Of a stretch of 43,776 nucleotides of DNA, positions 1-9,412 are shown piece by piece (positions within the stretch are counted from its first letter, which is position 1; each line of letters starts with the position of its first letter). Where the stretch lies: the IMG/VR virus record IMGVR_UViG_2537562190_000013; one strand, 5' to 3'. A program made the translations under genes and the position numbers. Origin of the DNA: a virus (Duplodnaviria; Heunggongvirae; Uroviricota; Caudoviricetes). The notes under the pieces are model-generated. The model made no database searches, was not told where the DNA came from, and saw only the letters and a list, made by a program, of their open reading frames with translations.

Positions 1-263
1 CAGCAGATTATCAGGCGCAACTGAAGCGGCATAATCTGCGTGGAAGTATGAGCGCAAAAGGTTGCTGCTACGATAATGCCTGCGTGGAAAGCTTCTTTCA
101 TTCGCTGAAAGTGGAATGTATCCATGGAGAACACTTTATCAGCCGGGAAATAATGCGGGCAACGGTGTTTAATTATATCGAATGTGATTACAATCGGTGG
201 CGGCGGCACAGTTGGTGTGGCGGCCTCAGTCCGGAACAATTTGAAAACAAGAACCTCGCTTAG
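1..263 (+). CDS. insF: IS3 transposase OrfB (InsF-like), C-terminal fragment, 5' end outside window
   Basis: Reading frame open from position 3; translation ...[45 protein letters not shown]... includes the DDE-transposase YDNA..E motif region. Confidence 0.8.
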
Positions 264-293
264 GCCTGTGTCCATATTACGTGGGTAGGATCA
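1..293 (+). mobile_element. IS3 element, right-end fragment (continues left of window); terminal inverted repeat ends ...GTGGGTAGGATCA at 293
   Basis: ORF at 1-263 matches the C-terminus of IS3 OrfB as I recall it; the following sequence ctcgcttaggcctgtgtccatattacgtgggtaggatca matches the IS3 right inverted repeat from memory. Confidence 0.8.
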
Positions 294-414
294 CGCAGGG
301 GTCGGCCCATTTGAGCTTCAGATAGGAACGTTTGAATTCCTTTCACAAAATACATCACATACTGAACGTGAACATTCCCACTTTGATCTTAAGGCCAAAA
401 AGTATGCAGGACTA

Positions 415-2133
415 ATGATTTTTAGGGATAGCTTGAGAGTATTACCTTATGGTCGAGTAGATAATGATTTCTTCCAGATAGAAGAAAGACGTTCATGGAA
501 TGCAGGGCGATATTATTGGTCTAATAGAAGGATTTTTGGTTATATTGGAATTACTCAATCCAGTAATAAAGAGCTGAAAGATAAGTCGGGGAGAGAGGGA
601 TTCATAAGAAACCAGGCTGCAAGAGAACTGAAAACTATTATATCTAATTTGTTAACTGAACTTGCTGATAGATTTTTTGGTTCACGTTCTGATGACCGTA
701 AAGAGCTTTTAGAACAAGTTAAGCGTGAAAAAGAGTTAAGAAAATCTGCTCAACAACAAGCTCGAAAATCAACACAAAAAAGTTTTTCAGAAGCTTTGAA
801 GAATCAGACACCAGTTCTTGATGCTTCCTTGGAGGCTGTTAAAAGGCTGAAAACTAAGCTTGATAAAACTGATGGTTCGTTAGATTTAAACTATCTTAAA
901 ATTATAGACAGTGATCTTACAAACTTAGATGCGTTGCGCAGTGAAATTAAAACGCCTATCAAACCTCCAAAACTTGGAATGTATGAAGAGAAATATAGAG
1001 ACTACAGAGATAAATTTAATGAGTTCTCTGCGTATATTCTACAAATGAAGTTAGCAATTAATAAACTTGATTCTGAATTAAATAAACTTGAGCCTTCATT
1101 GTCAGCGAAAAATCACCTTGAAAAAAATCAAGGTATTATTAATTCTAAACTAACTAAGTTTAATAACACGATAGAGGAGAAGATACATTCTCTTTTAAAA
1201 AAATGGGCCGATGAAATAAAGGTTGATCGAAGTGATTATTATGCTAAAACTATATCAGTTGTTGATTCAATAGATAATGATTCACAAATTGAAAATGTGT
1301 TTAATTTGCTCGATAGTTTATATGTTGAGTCAGTTGATACCCTAACTTTCAAATATCAATCAATAATAAAAGGTCTCGATAGATTATTTGAAGGTATAAA
1401 CTTAGATTCAGCATTCTCATTATCTGAAGAAGAACGCTCATATTTTGAAGAAAAAGCTAAAAGTTTAAACGCGCTTGCACAGTTAGGTATTAGTGTTGAG
1501 ATAATATCTCATGAACTTGAAGAAATGGATTCTATGGTAACCAGAGGACTAAACTCTCTTCCTACTTCTGTAAAAGAACACCCTGGTTTTTCATTGGCGT
1601 TAAATGCTCACAGATCGCTTACTCAACAAATACGTTTCTTATCACCTTTGAAAATATCAGGTTATCAATCCAGGCAGAGAATAACTGGAAAAAATATCAT
1701 GGATTATGTCCTGAAGTTCTTTGGGGAGCGTTTCGAACGGCAACGAATAACTATTGAATTTAGTGAAGAGTTTAAGCAAATCGCAATAACAGATATACCA
1801 TCAAGGATCTATCCTGTTTTTACTAATATTATCAACAATGCAATGTATTGGGTCAGTCTGTCAAATAATAGGCTCATAAAGATTGGTTTTGTGAATTCTT
1901 TGGTTATCATAGCAAATTCTGGTCCGGCAATTGATACCGATGATATCCCGCGACTATTTGAACTATTTTATAGCAAAAGAGCAAATGGACATGGGGTAGG
2001 TCTGTATCTATGTCGAGAAAACCTTGCTGTTGCACATCATAAAATATGGTATTTAGAACCTGATGAAGGCGATAACTATTTAATAAAAGATGGCGCTAAT
2101 TTTGTGATCCAGTTCAATGGAGTGGAGTTCTAA
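415..2133 (+). CDS. Cytoplasmic histidine-kinase-like protein: N-terminal coiled-coil-rich region, H-box-like ISHELEE, C-terminal HATPase_c (GHKL) domain
   Basis: 572-aa ORF; N-box-like NIINNAMYW, G1-like ANSGPAID and G2-like GHGVGLYLCRE motifs near the C-terminus; no obvious transmembrane segments; AT-rich codon usage; frame is open back to 334 with an in-frame stop at 331-333. Confidence 0.6.
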   Translation: MIFRDSLRVLPYGRVDNDFFQIEERRSWNAGRYYWSNRRIFGYIGITQSSNKELKDKSGREGFIRNQAARELKTIISNLLTELADRFFGSRSDDRKELLEQVKREKELRKSAQQQARKSTQKSFSEALKNQTPVLDASLEAVKRLKTKLDKTDGSLDLNYLKIIDSDLTNLDALRSEIKTPIKPPKLGMYEEKYRDYRDKFNEFSAYILQMKLAINKLDSELNKLEPSLSAKNHLEKNQGIINSKLTKFNNTIEEKIHSLLKKWADEIKVDRSDYYAKTISVVDSIDNDSQIENVFNLLDSLYVESVDTLTFKYQSIIKGLDRLFEGINLDSAFSLSEEERSYFEEKAKSLNALAQLGISVEIISHELEEMDSMVTRGLNSLPTSVKEHPGFSLALNAHRSLTQQIRFLSPLKISGYQSRQRITGKNIMDYVLKFFGERFERQRITIEFSEEFKQIAITDIPSRIYPVFTNIINNAMYWVSLSNNRLIKIGFVNSLVIIANSGPAIDTDDIPRLFELFYSKRANGHGVGLYLCRENLAVAHHKIWYLEPDEGDNYLIKDGANFVIQFNGVEF

Positions 2134-2134
2134 T

Positions 2135-3496
2135 ATGACAGTGGCAAATTATAATTCTCTTGTCCAGAAAACTTTCTGCGAAAATGCAATTCGTTCCGTT
2201 GTCATGATTGATGACGATTTTCTGACGTATTCTGAATCAATCAGGGCGTTGAATAACGAAGTTGATTTAGACTACAACAAAATTGACTCATCTAAACGAG
2301 CCGCTACTCTTGAGAGCTTTTTTCAATCTAAAAATATGATTTGTGATGTTGACAATGGTTCTGTTAATTTCGATGTGGATCGGATTAGAAAATCAGATCT
2401 TATTATTGTAGATTATCATCTTGATAATAATGCACCTGATAAAACACTTAAACTATTACAAGATTTGAAAGACTCCGATCATTTAAATATGATTGTAATA
2501 TATACTAGAGAGAATTTAGAAACGGTTTGGATGCAGATATCATCGACTCTCAAAGGTGCTCTGGATATCAACAGCTTGATCATTGACTACGATAATGAAG
2601 ATGTCCAAAGTTATTGGGAAGACGTTGTATTACCGAACTTAAATGATAATGGTAATAAAGCTCTCACAAGAGATGAAACAATAGCCTATATTAAAGACAG
2701 TAAGCCTTGTAGAAGAATTAAAAGATTAATACATGATGATGCTGTGTTGGAGGATCAAAAGGATAAAAACTTCATTGCAAAAATGATTGCAGAATATGCT
2801 GTGTCTAGAAATGCAATTATTTCTAGCAACACATCTGGCAATGTCATTCGGGGTGATGAAAGCGGAGTAAAATGGATTCAATGTGGTAATATCTTTGTCT
2901 CCCTATTTCATAAGGTTCAAGATGATCATGAAAACGATGGAGATAGGATTTGGCAAACTCTCAATGATTCTCTCATTGAATGGAAACCATCTTATTATCA
3001 GTTAATAAAATCTGAAATTCAGAATGCAATCGAAGCTGAGGCTTTATCTTTTGTAAATCATTTGGCTAACGATCATTACGGTCAAGCTGCGTGGTTAAAT
3101 GAGATATTAAAATCAGACTCGCCTGATATTAGATGTAGAAATATTGACTTTGTATTTGGTAATTTATCAGAAGAGCTTTATCAAAGACTTAAAAATAATA
3201 ATACGCTGGATGAATTTATCAAAAGTGTTTTTGATAGCTATTCAAATGAATACGCTAACAGCGGAGTTGCTGCATTGCTCCAATATTGCTCTTCAAAAAT
3301 GGATCTGCCATCAAATAATGATACTTATCACGAAATGTATCATGCTTTAAATATGAATTTGTCTTCAAAGAATTTTGAAGATGGTCATATTTCTACTGGC
3401 ACTATTTTCTTTGATACAGAGTCGAACAAATGGTATTTATGTGTATCTGCGGCATGTGATTTGGTTCCTACTCAGGGTAACGACCCTCACCATGTA
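2135..3496 (+). pseudogene. Receiver (REC)-like domain protein with large unknown C-terminal domain, 5' part; interrupted by IS629-like insertion
   Basis: ORF overlaps upstream gene (stop TAA 2131-2133, ATG 2135, GGAG upstream); REC-like motifs VVMIDDD ... DLIIVDYHL ... MIVIYT; the stop TGA at 3497-3499 is supplied by the first bases of the IS. Confidence 0.6.
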
Positions 3497-3538
3497 TGAA
3501 CCGCCCCGGGTTTCCTGGAGAGTGTTTTATCTGTGAAC

Positions 3539-4426
3539 TCAGGCTGCCAGATCATTATTTCCGATGGAAGCATAATAAGCTTTTTCTGCTTCTGCCGGAG
3601 GAATATGGCCCAGCCTTTCCAGCAATCGTCGATTGTTATACCAGTCCACCCACGTTAGTGTGGCCTGTTCCACTTCTGTCCGGTTTTTCCAGCTCTTACG
3701 GTGTATTACCTCCGCTTTGTAAAGACCATTGATGCTCTCAGCCATCGCGTTGTCATACGAGTCGCCAGTACTCCCTGTTGATGCCAGTAATCCGGCTTCC
3801 TTAAGCCGCTGCGTGTAGGCCAGCGATACATACTGAGAACCTTTATCACTGTGATGGATTGTGCCGGACGGCCGACGGGCCCACAACGCCTGCTCCAGTG
3901 CATCCAGCACGAATGTTGTTTCCATGGATGATGAGACCTGCCATCCCACGATGTATCCGGCGAACACATCAATGATGAACGCCACATAAACGAAGCCCTG
4001 CCATGTGCTTACCCAGGTAAAATCAGCCACCCACAACTGGTCTGGACGTTCTGCCACGAACTGACGGTTTACGCGGTCGCATGCGGCAACGGCTTTCCGG
4101 CTGACGGTAGTGCGGACCTTTTTACCCCGGAGAACACCGGCAAGTCCCATAACTGCCATGAGACGTGCCACAGTGCATCTGGCCACTCTGATACCTTCCC
4201 GTAACAACTGACGCCAGACTTTACGCACACCGTATACCTGGTGATTTTCATCGTATACGCGCTGTATCTCTTTCTTCAGCCAGTCATCGTGCTGCGCACG
4301 GGCACTGCGTTTATCCGGATGATGTCGCTGTTGCTGACAATGGTAATACGTTGACGGGGCAATATGCAGTTCGCTGCATACCGGTCCGACCCCGTACTGC
4401 TCACGCAGCTTATCCAGCAGTGGCAT
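3539..4426 (-). CDS. IS3-family transposase OrfB (DDE integrase core)
   Basis: 295-aa [16 protein letters not shown]...; DDE region ...SDKGSQY...YDNAMAESINGLYKAE... Confidence 0.85.
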   Translation of the reverse strand: MPLLDKLREQYGVGPVCSELHIAPSTYYHCQQQRHHPDKRSARAQHDDWLKKEIQRVYDENHQVYGVRKVWRQLLREGIRVARCTVARLMAVMGLAGVLRGKKVRTTVSRKAVAACDRVNRQFVAERPDQLWVADFTWVSTWQGFVYVAFIIDVFAGYIVGWQVSSSMETTFVLDALEQALWARRPSGTIHHSDKGSQYVSLAYTQRLKEAGLLASTGSTGDSYDNAMAESINGLYKAEVIHRKSWKNRTEVEQATLTWVDWYNNRRLLERLGHIPPAEAEKAYYASIGNNDLAA

Positions 4427-4752
4427 TATTTTTTCCAGAGGCGGTCGAACTCCGCCTTCGCAAAATAAGCGGAAGCCTGGCGAAGGATATCGTTACTGCG
4501 GCGCAGTTCACGATTTTCACGTTCCAGCTCTTTCAGACGCTGACGTTCAGCGGTGGTGAGTCCACCATCACCACTCCCGGTATCCCGCTCATGCTGGCGA
4601 ACCCAGACACGCAGAGTCTCCGGCGTACAGCCAATCTTTGGGGCAATGGAACAAATTGCCGCCCACTGTGAGTCATATTCATCCTGACTTTCCAGAACCA
4701 TACGAATCGCCCGCTGACGGACTTCGGGGGAAAAACGAGTATTTTTAGTCAT
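4426..4752 (-). CDS. IS3-family transposase OrfA (HTH, leucine-zipper region)
   Basis: 108-aa [22 protein letters not shown]...; overlaps orfB across an AAAAAA slippery stretch, typical of -1 frameshift-generated OrfAB. Confidence 0.85.
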   Translation of the reverse strand: MTKNTRFSPEVRQRAIRMVLESQDEYDSQWAAICSIAPKIGCTPETLRVWVRQHERDTGSGDGGLTTAERQRLKELERENRELRRSNDILRQASAYFAKAEFDRLWKK

Positions 4753-4809
4753 CCTGTTTACCTCTTTCTCAGGGAGTTTAGTCTCCAGGATTTCCGGGGC
4801 GGTTCAGTA

Positions 4810-5196
4810 AGATTAAGTCCGCACAGGCTCATTAAAGTTCTGGAGCTTTTTAACGCCAGTCAGAGTAAAGCATTGCCATTTGCTGAACATTCGAAATATA
4901 TATATGTAATGCATAAAAATCAAAGAAAATATCTCTCTATTTTCGAAGGGGATAAAACGCTTCCTGTTGTTGATTATATGGTGGTGTTGAATCATGGAAC
5001 AACAGTTGATGGCGAAGAAAAAAATATTATTTCTGCCGTGTTTTTAAGTAATATGGATGGCAACGTGCAAAATGTTCCTGTCCGACTCAAACTTAAATCT
5101 CAACTGAGAACTGGTTATGCAGAAAGATATCAGGCTATAGCGTCTCAGTATAGCTCAAGGATTGGTGTGGATTATGTATCAATGATGCTACCATAA
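4810..5196 (+). pseudogene. 3' part of the IS-interrupted REC-domain gene (in frame with 2135-3496 once the IS and one GTA repeat are removed)
   Basis: Frame of 2135-3496 continues without stop from 4810 to the TAA at 5194-5196; the track ORF 4873-5196 is the tail of this frame. Confidence 0.6.
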
Positions 5197-5267
5197 TTAT
5201 TATATTTTAGGCGTGGTGATTTTTTTTCGCCATGCCTATTTTATATTTATCATCACAATGATGTTGT

Positions 5268-5684
5268 TTATTTTTGTTTAAGTCTTCTAAGCTTCATGCA
5301 TTCTAATGAGAATAATAATAGAGTTGTGCTGTATATAAAGCCAGAGTTAGTTAATAACTTTAAATTTAATGCTTCAGGATTTTCACTGAGAAAGTGAAAG
5401 GCATAAACTAAGTATACAGCTAAAGTAGCCGTTCCAATTGTTGGTCCAATATCGCCTTGATCATGAGGTTCAAGGTTTACATTGAACTTGAAGATTAGCC
5501 ATTCAAATCCCCAAGTAAAAAAAACAACTAATATCATGGCTGCGAATAATTTCGCGATGTTATCTGCTGATGGATTCATCAGAACAGATTGTTTCTGAAA
5601 AAATTCACAAAGTGAGAGTCCGAAAAAAATAAAAAAAAGTGGTCTGGAACTAAATTTTTCAAAAACTTTGAATAGGGTTTCCAT
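5268..5684 (-). CDS. Small hydrophobic (putative membrane) protein, unknown function
   Basis: 138-aa ORF with several hydrophobic stretches (FFIFFGLSLCEFF, AAMILVVFFTWGFEWLIF, ATLAVYLVYAFHF); AT-rich. Confidence 0.45.
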   Translation of the reverse strand: METLFKVFEKFSSRPLFFIFFGLSLCEFFQKQSVLMNPSADNIAKLFAAMILVVFFTWGFEWLIFKFNVNLEPHDQGDIGPTIGTATLAVYLVYAFHFLSENPEALNLKLLTNSGFIYSTTLLLFSLECMKLRRLKQK

Positions 5685-5740
5685 TTTCTTTACCTTCAGG
5701 ATTATATTAGCTATTCTGATACTTAGGCTACCAGAGCATT

Positions 5741-6952
5741 TTATCTTTGAGCTTGAACGTAATCACTCCACCATTGCATCAAACTCTGTCGCTCTATCAG
5801 ATATTCTGCACGATTGTATGCTGCGATAATTTCATCTTTTTTCGAGTGGGCAAGCGCTGCCTCAAGAACTTCAGCTCTGAATTTACCAGACTCCTCTGCC
5901 GCTGTTCGTGCAATAGAACGCATACCGTGAGCTACAAGCTCGCCTCCGAACCCCATTCGGATGATAGCTGCGTTGGCTGTTTGTTCATGCATATGATTAA
6001 GAGGCGCTTTTATGCTGGGGAAAACCCATTCTCTATGCCCACTTATTGATTTCATTAATTCAAGGATGCGCAAAGCTTCTTTACTCAAAGGAACTTTGTG
6101 AAGCTTTTTCATTTTCATGAAATCAGCAGGAATGTTCCAAATGCTGTTGGTTGTATCAATATCAGACCACCTTGCGCGAACGGCTTCACCCGGACGAACC
6201 CATGTCAACAATTGCCATTCAATTAGCATACGTGTTTCCAACCGGATTGACGCATTCGTCAAAGATTCCATAAACCTTGGCAATTCGCTTGGGGGAAGGG
6301 CAGGCATATTTTGCTTTTTTGGTTTACTGAATCTTTGACCAAGGTTGTCAGCCGGGTTGAACTCAATAAGTTCTTCAGTAGCTGCCCACCGGAAGATTTC
6401 ATTCAGACGTGAAATGATACGGCGTAGAGTTTCCAATACGCCTCGTTGCTCAATAGGATCAAGGTGTTGTTTTAAGAGCTTAGGTCGGATCTCATTGATA
6501 GGGACATTACCCAGACCGGGAAAGACATTTCTCTCTAAGCTGCGCCAGATGTCTGCTGCATGGTCTTGTGAGATACCTGATGTCTTTACCTTCTCATCTA
6601 ACCATTTCCGCGCTACGGCTTGGAGAGTGTGCTCAGTAGCACTCTTTAATGCCTTCGCCTTATCGTTGTTATGGATTTGGGGATCAACACCATTTGCCAG
6701 AAAGGAGAGATATTCATCACGTAAGGCTCTGGCTCTTGCAAGGGTAAGGTGAGGATATGTCCCAAGGCTCATTTTGGTTCTTTTCTTGCTCACTGGTACT
6801 GCATACCTGAAATACCAATTTTTCTTGCCTCCTTTCGCCAAAGGAGCGATTCGTAGAATCAGACCATCACCGTCAAACAAGTTGATTTCTTTATCGGCTG
6901 GCTTGGTGCTTTTGATTTCAGTGTCAGTGAGCTTCTTAGCGATTTTTGCCAT
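5741..6952 (-). CDS. int: Tyrosine recombinase / P4-type integrase
   Basis: N-terminal arm-binding-like MAKIAKKLTDTEIKSTKP...LFDGDGL; C-terminal catalytic-domain-like motifs; ATG at 6952 has a GAGGG ribosome-binding site; the track ORF extends to 6994. Confidence 0.85.
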   Translation of the reverse strand: MAKIAKKLTDTEIKSTKPADKEINLFDGDGLILRIAPLAKGGKKNWYFRYAVPVSKKRTKMSLGTYPHLTLARARALRDEYLSFLANGVDPQIHNNDKAKALKSATEHTLQAVARKWLDEKVKTSGISQDHAADIWRSLERNVFPGLGNVPINEIRPKLLKQHLDPIEQRGVLETLRRIISRLNEIFRWAATEELIEFNPADNLGQRFSKPKKQNMPALPPSELPRFMESLTNASIRLETRMLIEWQLLTWVRPGEAVRARWSDIDTTNSIWNIPADFMKMKKLHKVPLSKEALRILELMKSISGHREWVFPSIKAPLNHMHEQTANAAIIRMGFGGELVAHGMRSIARTAAEESGKFRAEVLEAALAHSKKDEIIAAYNRAEYLIERQSLMQWWSDYVQAQR

Positions 6953-7117
6953 TTTGGGACCCTCGGTTTTTGGACCCTTCTTAGTGGGTCCCATTCAGGG
7001 TGCCATAACTCGTAGTTCTCAGCAATTCTCACTGGACGACAATAGACGTAAAAAAGCCCGCAGAGCTTGTGCTGTGTGGGCTTAGTAGACTTCATTGAAC
7101 TTCAAACAACTAAAAAG

Positions 7118-7149
7118 TGGTGGAGCTGGCGGGAGTTGAACCAGCGTCC
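7118..7149 (-). other. att core: 32-bp copy of tmRNA (ssrA) 3' end (T-arm plus acceptor stem plus CCA), not a complete gene
   Basis: Minus-strand reading GGACGCTGGTTCAACTCCCGCCAGCTCCACCA; sequence further upstream does not continue as tmRNA. Confidence 0.7.
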
Positions 7150-7239
7150 ATTTGTTTTTAATTTATTGATTTTTATTGTTTTATTTTATTTCTCGCATGC
7201 TTCGTGTACTTCACGTATCCTTTTTAAGGAAATATATAT

Positions 7240-7905
7240 TTATGGATTCTTGCTTAAAAAATATTCGAAGTTATGGTTGCCAAGCACATACCTCATTTCT
7301 CCCCGTGTGCGGTAAAAAGAAGTTTGAATCTCATCAACATAGTAGTTAAAAAAAATCTTTAACATTTCGGTAGTCATCTTTTGCAAATGGGTTGACAGTT
7401 TAGCTGCATTACTTTTTGAATCAGACTTTAATAAATCTGGAAATGATGCTGTGATATTTAATTTAACTTTAGATGATGAGTGTAACCAGCCACATGCTTG
7501 TTTATACTGTGAATGCATGTACGCCCAGTTTTCATCAGTGTTGGTAGATTTAAGATTCTCGAAATCAAGAGTTCTAATTGTAATATCGAAATCCCCCCCG
7601 TTATCAACTTTTTGTAAGGATATACGTGCAAGATGTTCAATCATTGAGCGAAAATTAAGATGAAGATATCGCTCTCGTTTATGAAGTATCGCTGTAATTG
7701 AACTTAAAACATCATAAATAATACTTTTTATAAAGGTTTTGTGACTTATTTCTGGATGTGAGTTATGGATAAACTCCAGAAAAAGTACATGTTTATAAGC
7801 CGATGTAAGATTGTTTTCGGTGCGAATATCGACCTGAAATGATTTTATCATTGTGATAAATTCTTTCACGTCTTTTCTAAATCCATGTGGGTCTCTTTGA
7901 AGCAT
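7240..7905 (-). CDS. Hypothetical protein, third gene of ParA-like operon
   Basis: 221-aa ORF; start ATG overlaps upstream stop (TAATG); AT-rich; no recognised motifs. Confidence 0.55.
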   Translation of the reverse strand: MLQRDPHGFRKDVKEFITMIKSFQVDIRTENNLTSAYKHVLFLEFIHNSHPEISHKTFIKSIIYDVLSSITAILHKRERYLHLNFRSMIEHLARISLQKVDNGGDFDITIRTLDFENLKSTNTDENWAYMHSQYKQACGWLHSSSKVKLNITASFPDLLKSDSKSNAAKLSTHLQKMTTEMLKIFFNYYVDEIQTSFYRTRGEMRYVLGNHNFEYFLSKNP

Positions 7906-8318
7906 TATTTTCTATCCTTCTTCAAAAGAGCATTAATCCACGTACCTACATCTCGATTTGCATTACGTTTGACGTTACTTTTTTTAAAAGTAAGTGAGTT
8001 TTCATTATATCCAATAATAAATTTGTCAGTTTTAAAATACTCTGATGCTTTATATATGCATTCTTTAATGTCTCTCTCGCTCATATTTACAAGATTACGG
8101 GTAAGTCTAGCGCATAATAAAGTTCTTGACTTGATGACGTAGTCTAAGAAACTTAATCCAAATACATTTTTTACGAATTCTGCTGCATCTTCATTTTTAA
8201 CAAAAATTTCCCTAGAATAGATTGCTATTGTTATCAAACCAATAAACGCTTCTTTTGACGAGGGCTTCTTATAAACCAATGTCTGTAATAATTCGAGGTT
8301 GTTACTATTTTTATTCAT
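7905..8318 (-). CDS. Hypothetical protein, second gene of ParA-like operon
   Basis: 137-aa ORF overlapping ParA-like gene by 8 nt; AT-rich; no recognised motifs. Confidence 0.55.
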   Translation of the reverse strand: MNKNSNNLELLQTLVYKKPSSKEAFIGLITIAIYSREIFVKNEDAAEFVKNVFGLSFLDYVIKSRTLLCARLTRNLVNMSERDIKECIYKASEYFKTDKFIIGYNENSLTFKKSNVKRNANRDVGTWINALLKKDRK

Positions 8319-9162
8319 CTTCCCCCCCCGTTTGCACTTCTTGGATCCGACTTAAAAACTCTTCACAAATCGCTTTGATATATTTTCTGGATGATTTATA
8401 ACTTGATGATATATTACCTCTACCACCCACCATCAAATCCTGTACAAACTTCAACTGGTTATCAAAAAAGTATAGTTCATTAAAAGGTTCAGTACTTTCA
8501 AAGTCTGTCTTTAGCTTTTTTGTCTTTTTTGATAGATTTTCTAGGGTATTAGTATAAATAAAACCAAGGTTTTGAATGTTTTTATGGTCATAATTATCTT
8601 GAATGTTTTCTATTACGCTTAAAAGACTTGTCGCACCTAAAATTGAGTAGTGGTCAATTTTAACTGGCACAATATAATAATCTGAAGCAACGAGAGCTGC
8701 ATCAGTAAATAATGAAATGGTTGGTGGGCTATCGATCAAAATGAAGTCATATATATCTCGAAGCTTATGTTCTTCTATAAAGCGTTTTAGCTTATGTAAT
8801 CTTGCCGCAGGTTGTTCAATATCAAATATTGTATTAATATCACCAAAAATCATATCTAAGTGCTCTGACATCTTGATGATAATTTCATCAGGAGTGACCT
8901 GCTGAACTTTACCCGTTAAGCTTGATTTTGTCTCGAATATTCGTCTGATGGTTTTTGTATTTTCTAAGTGATCAGCTATATACTCTTTCACTCGATCATA
9001 TTTACTAAGTATTGACTGTGTAGCGTTAAATTGTGGGTCAATATCGATAATTAATACCTTTTTATCCATGAAGTTTGCAAGATATTCAGCAATGCCGACG
9101 CATAAAGTTGTTTTACCAACCCCACCTTTCATATTTATGAAACTTATTACTGGTGTAGTCAT
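8311..9162 (-). CDS. ParA/MinD/Soj-family P-loop ATPase (small, type Ib-like, no N-terminal HTH)
   Basis: Deviant Walker A MKGGVGKTT, A' motif IIDIDPQ, Walker B FILIDSPP; GGGA ribosome-binding site. Confidence 0.75.
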   Translation of the reverse strand: MTTPVISFINMKGGVGKTTLCVGIAEYLANFMDKKVLIIDIDPQFNATQSILSKYDRVKEYIADHLENTKTIRRIFETKSSLTGKVQQVTPDEIIIKMSEHLDMIFGDINTIFDIEQPAARLHKLKRFIEEHKLRDIYDFILIDSPPTISLFTDAALVASDYYIVPVKIDHYSILGATSLLSVIENIQDNYDHKNIQNLGFIYTNTLENLSKKTKKLKTDFESTEPFNELYFFDNQLKFVQDLMVGGRGNISSSYKSSRKYIKAICEEFLSRIQEVQTGGEDE

Positions 9163-9412
9163 TTTATCCCTCTAATTTATACTTCTTAAACAAAAATTTA
9201 AATGTTACATGTAAGTGAATTTACTTATAACATTTTTTTTGAAACAATAATACTGTTGTTTTATCAGGGGGATGGCATTTTTCAATGGAATAAATCTATA
9301 AGGGGTATGCTCATAATTGTAAAGAATACCTATTCAAGCGTGGATTTGTGGAGGACCTCTCGTTTTGAACGAAATAGGCTTCTTTGAATAACATGCTTTA
9401 CCTTGCTCAAGG

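Larger units (their letters stand above)
3497..4806 (-). mobile_element. IS629-like (IS3 family) insertion sequence, complete, 1310 bp, flanked by 3-bp direct repeat GTA (3494-3496 and 4807-4809)
   Basis: Imperfect terminal inverted repeats TGAACCGCCCCGG... at both ends; orfA/orfB pair with A6 frameshift window; OrfA/OrfB translations match IS629/IS1203-type transposase as I recall it. Confidence 0.85.

Noticed and set aside
3144-3350. 68-aa ORF inside the receiver-domain gene
   Set aside because: Out-of-frame shadow ORF within a better-supported longer ORF; low-complexity AT-rich translation
415-5196. Calling the kinase/receiver pair a canonical Detocs system
   Set aside because: No separate Hpt gene between the two genes and no recognisable PNP/nucleosidase motifs in the effector; kept only as Detocs-like architecture
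5747-6752. Plus-strand ORFs (5747-6049, 6117-6338, 6345-6752) overlapping the P4-type integrase
   Set aside because: Antisense shadow ORFs; the minus-strand integrase frame has clear family motifs
7118-7149. Intact tRNA or tmRNA gene
   Set aside because: Only the terminal 32 nt match; upstream sequence is AT-rich and does not continue the tmRNA, so it is an att core
9202-9387. 61-aa plus-strand ORF in the ParA-like operon promoter region
   Set aside because: No ribosome-binding site, lies in an AT-rich intergenic region with a palindrome; more likely regulatory DNA
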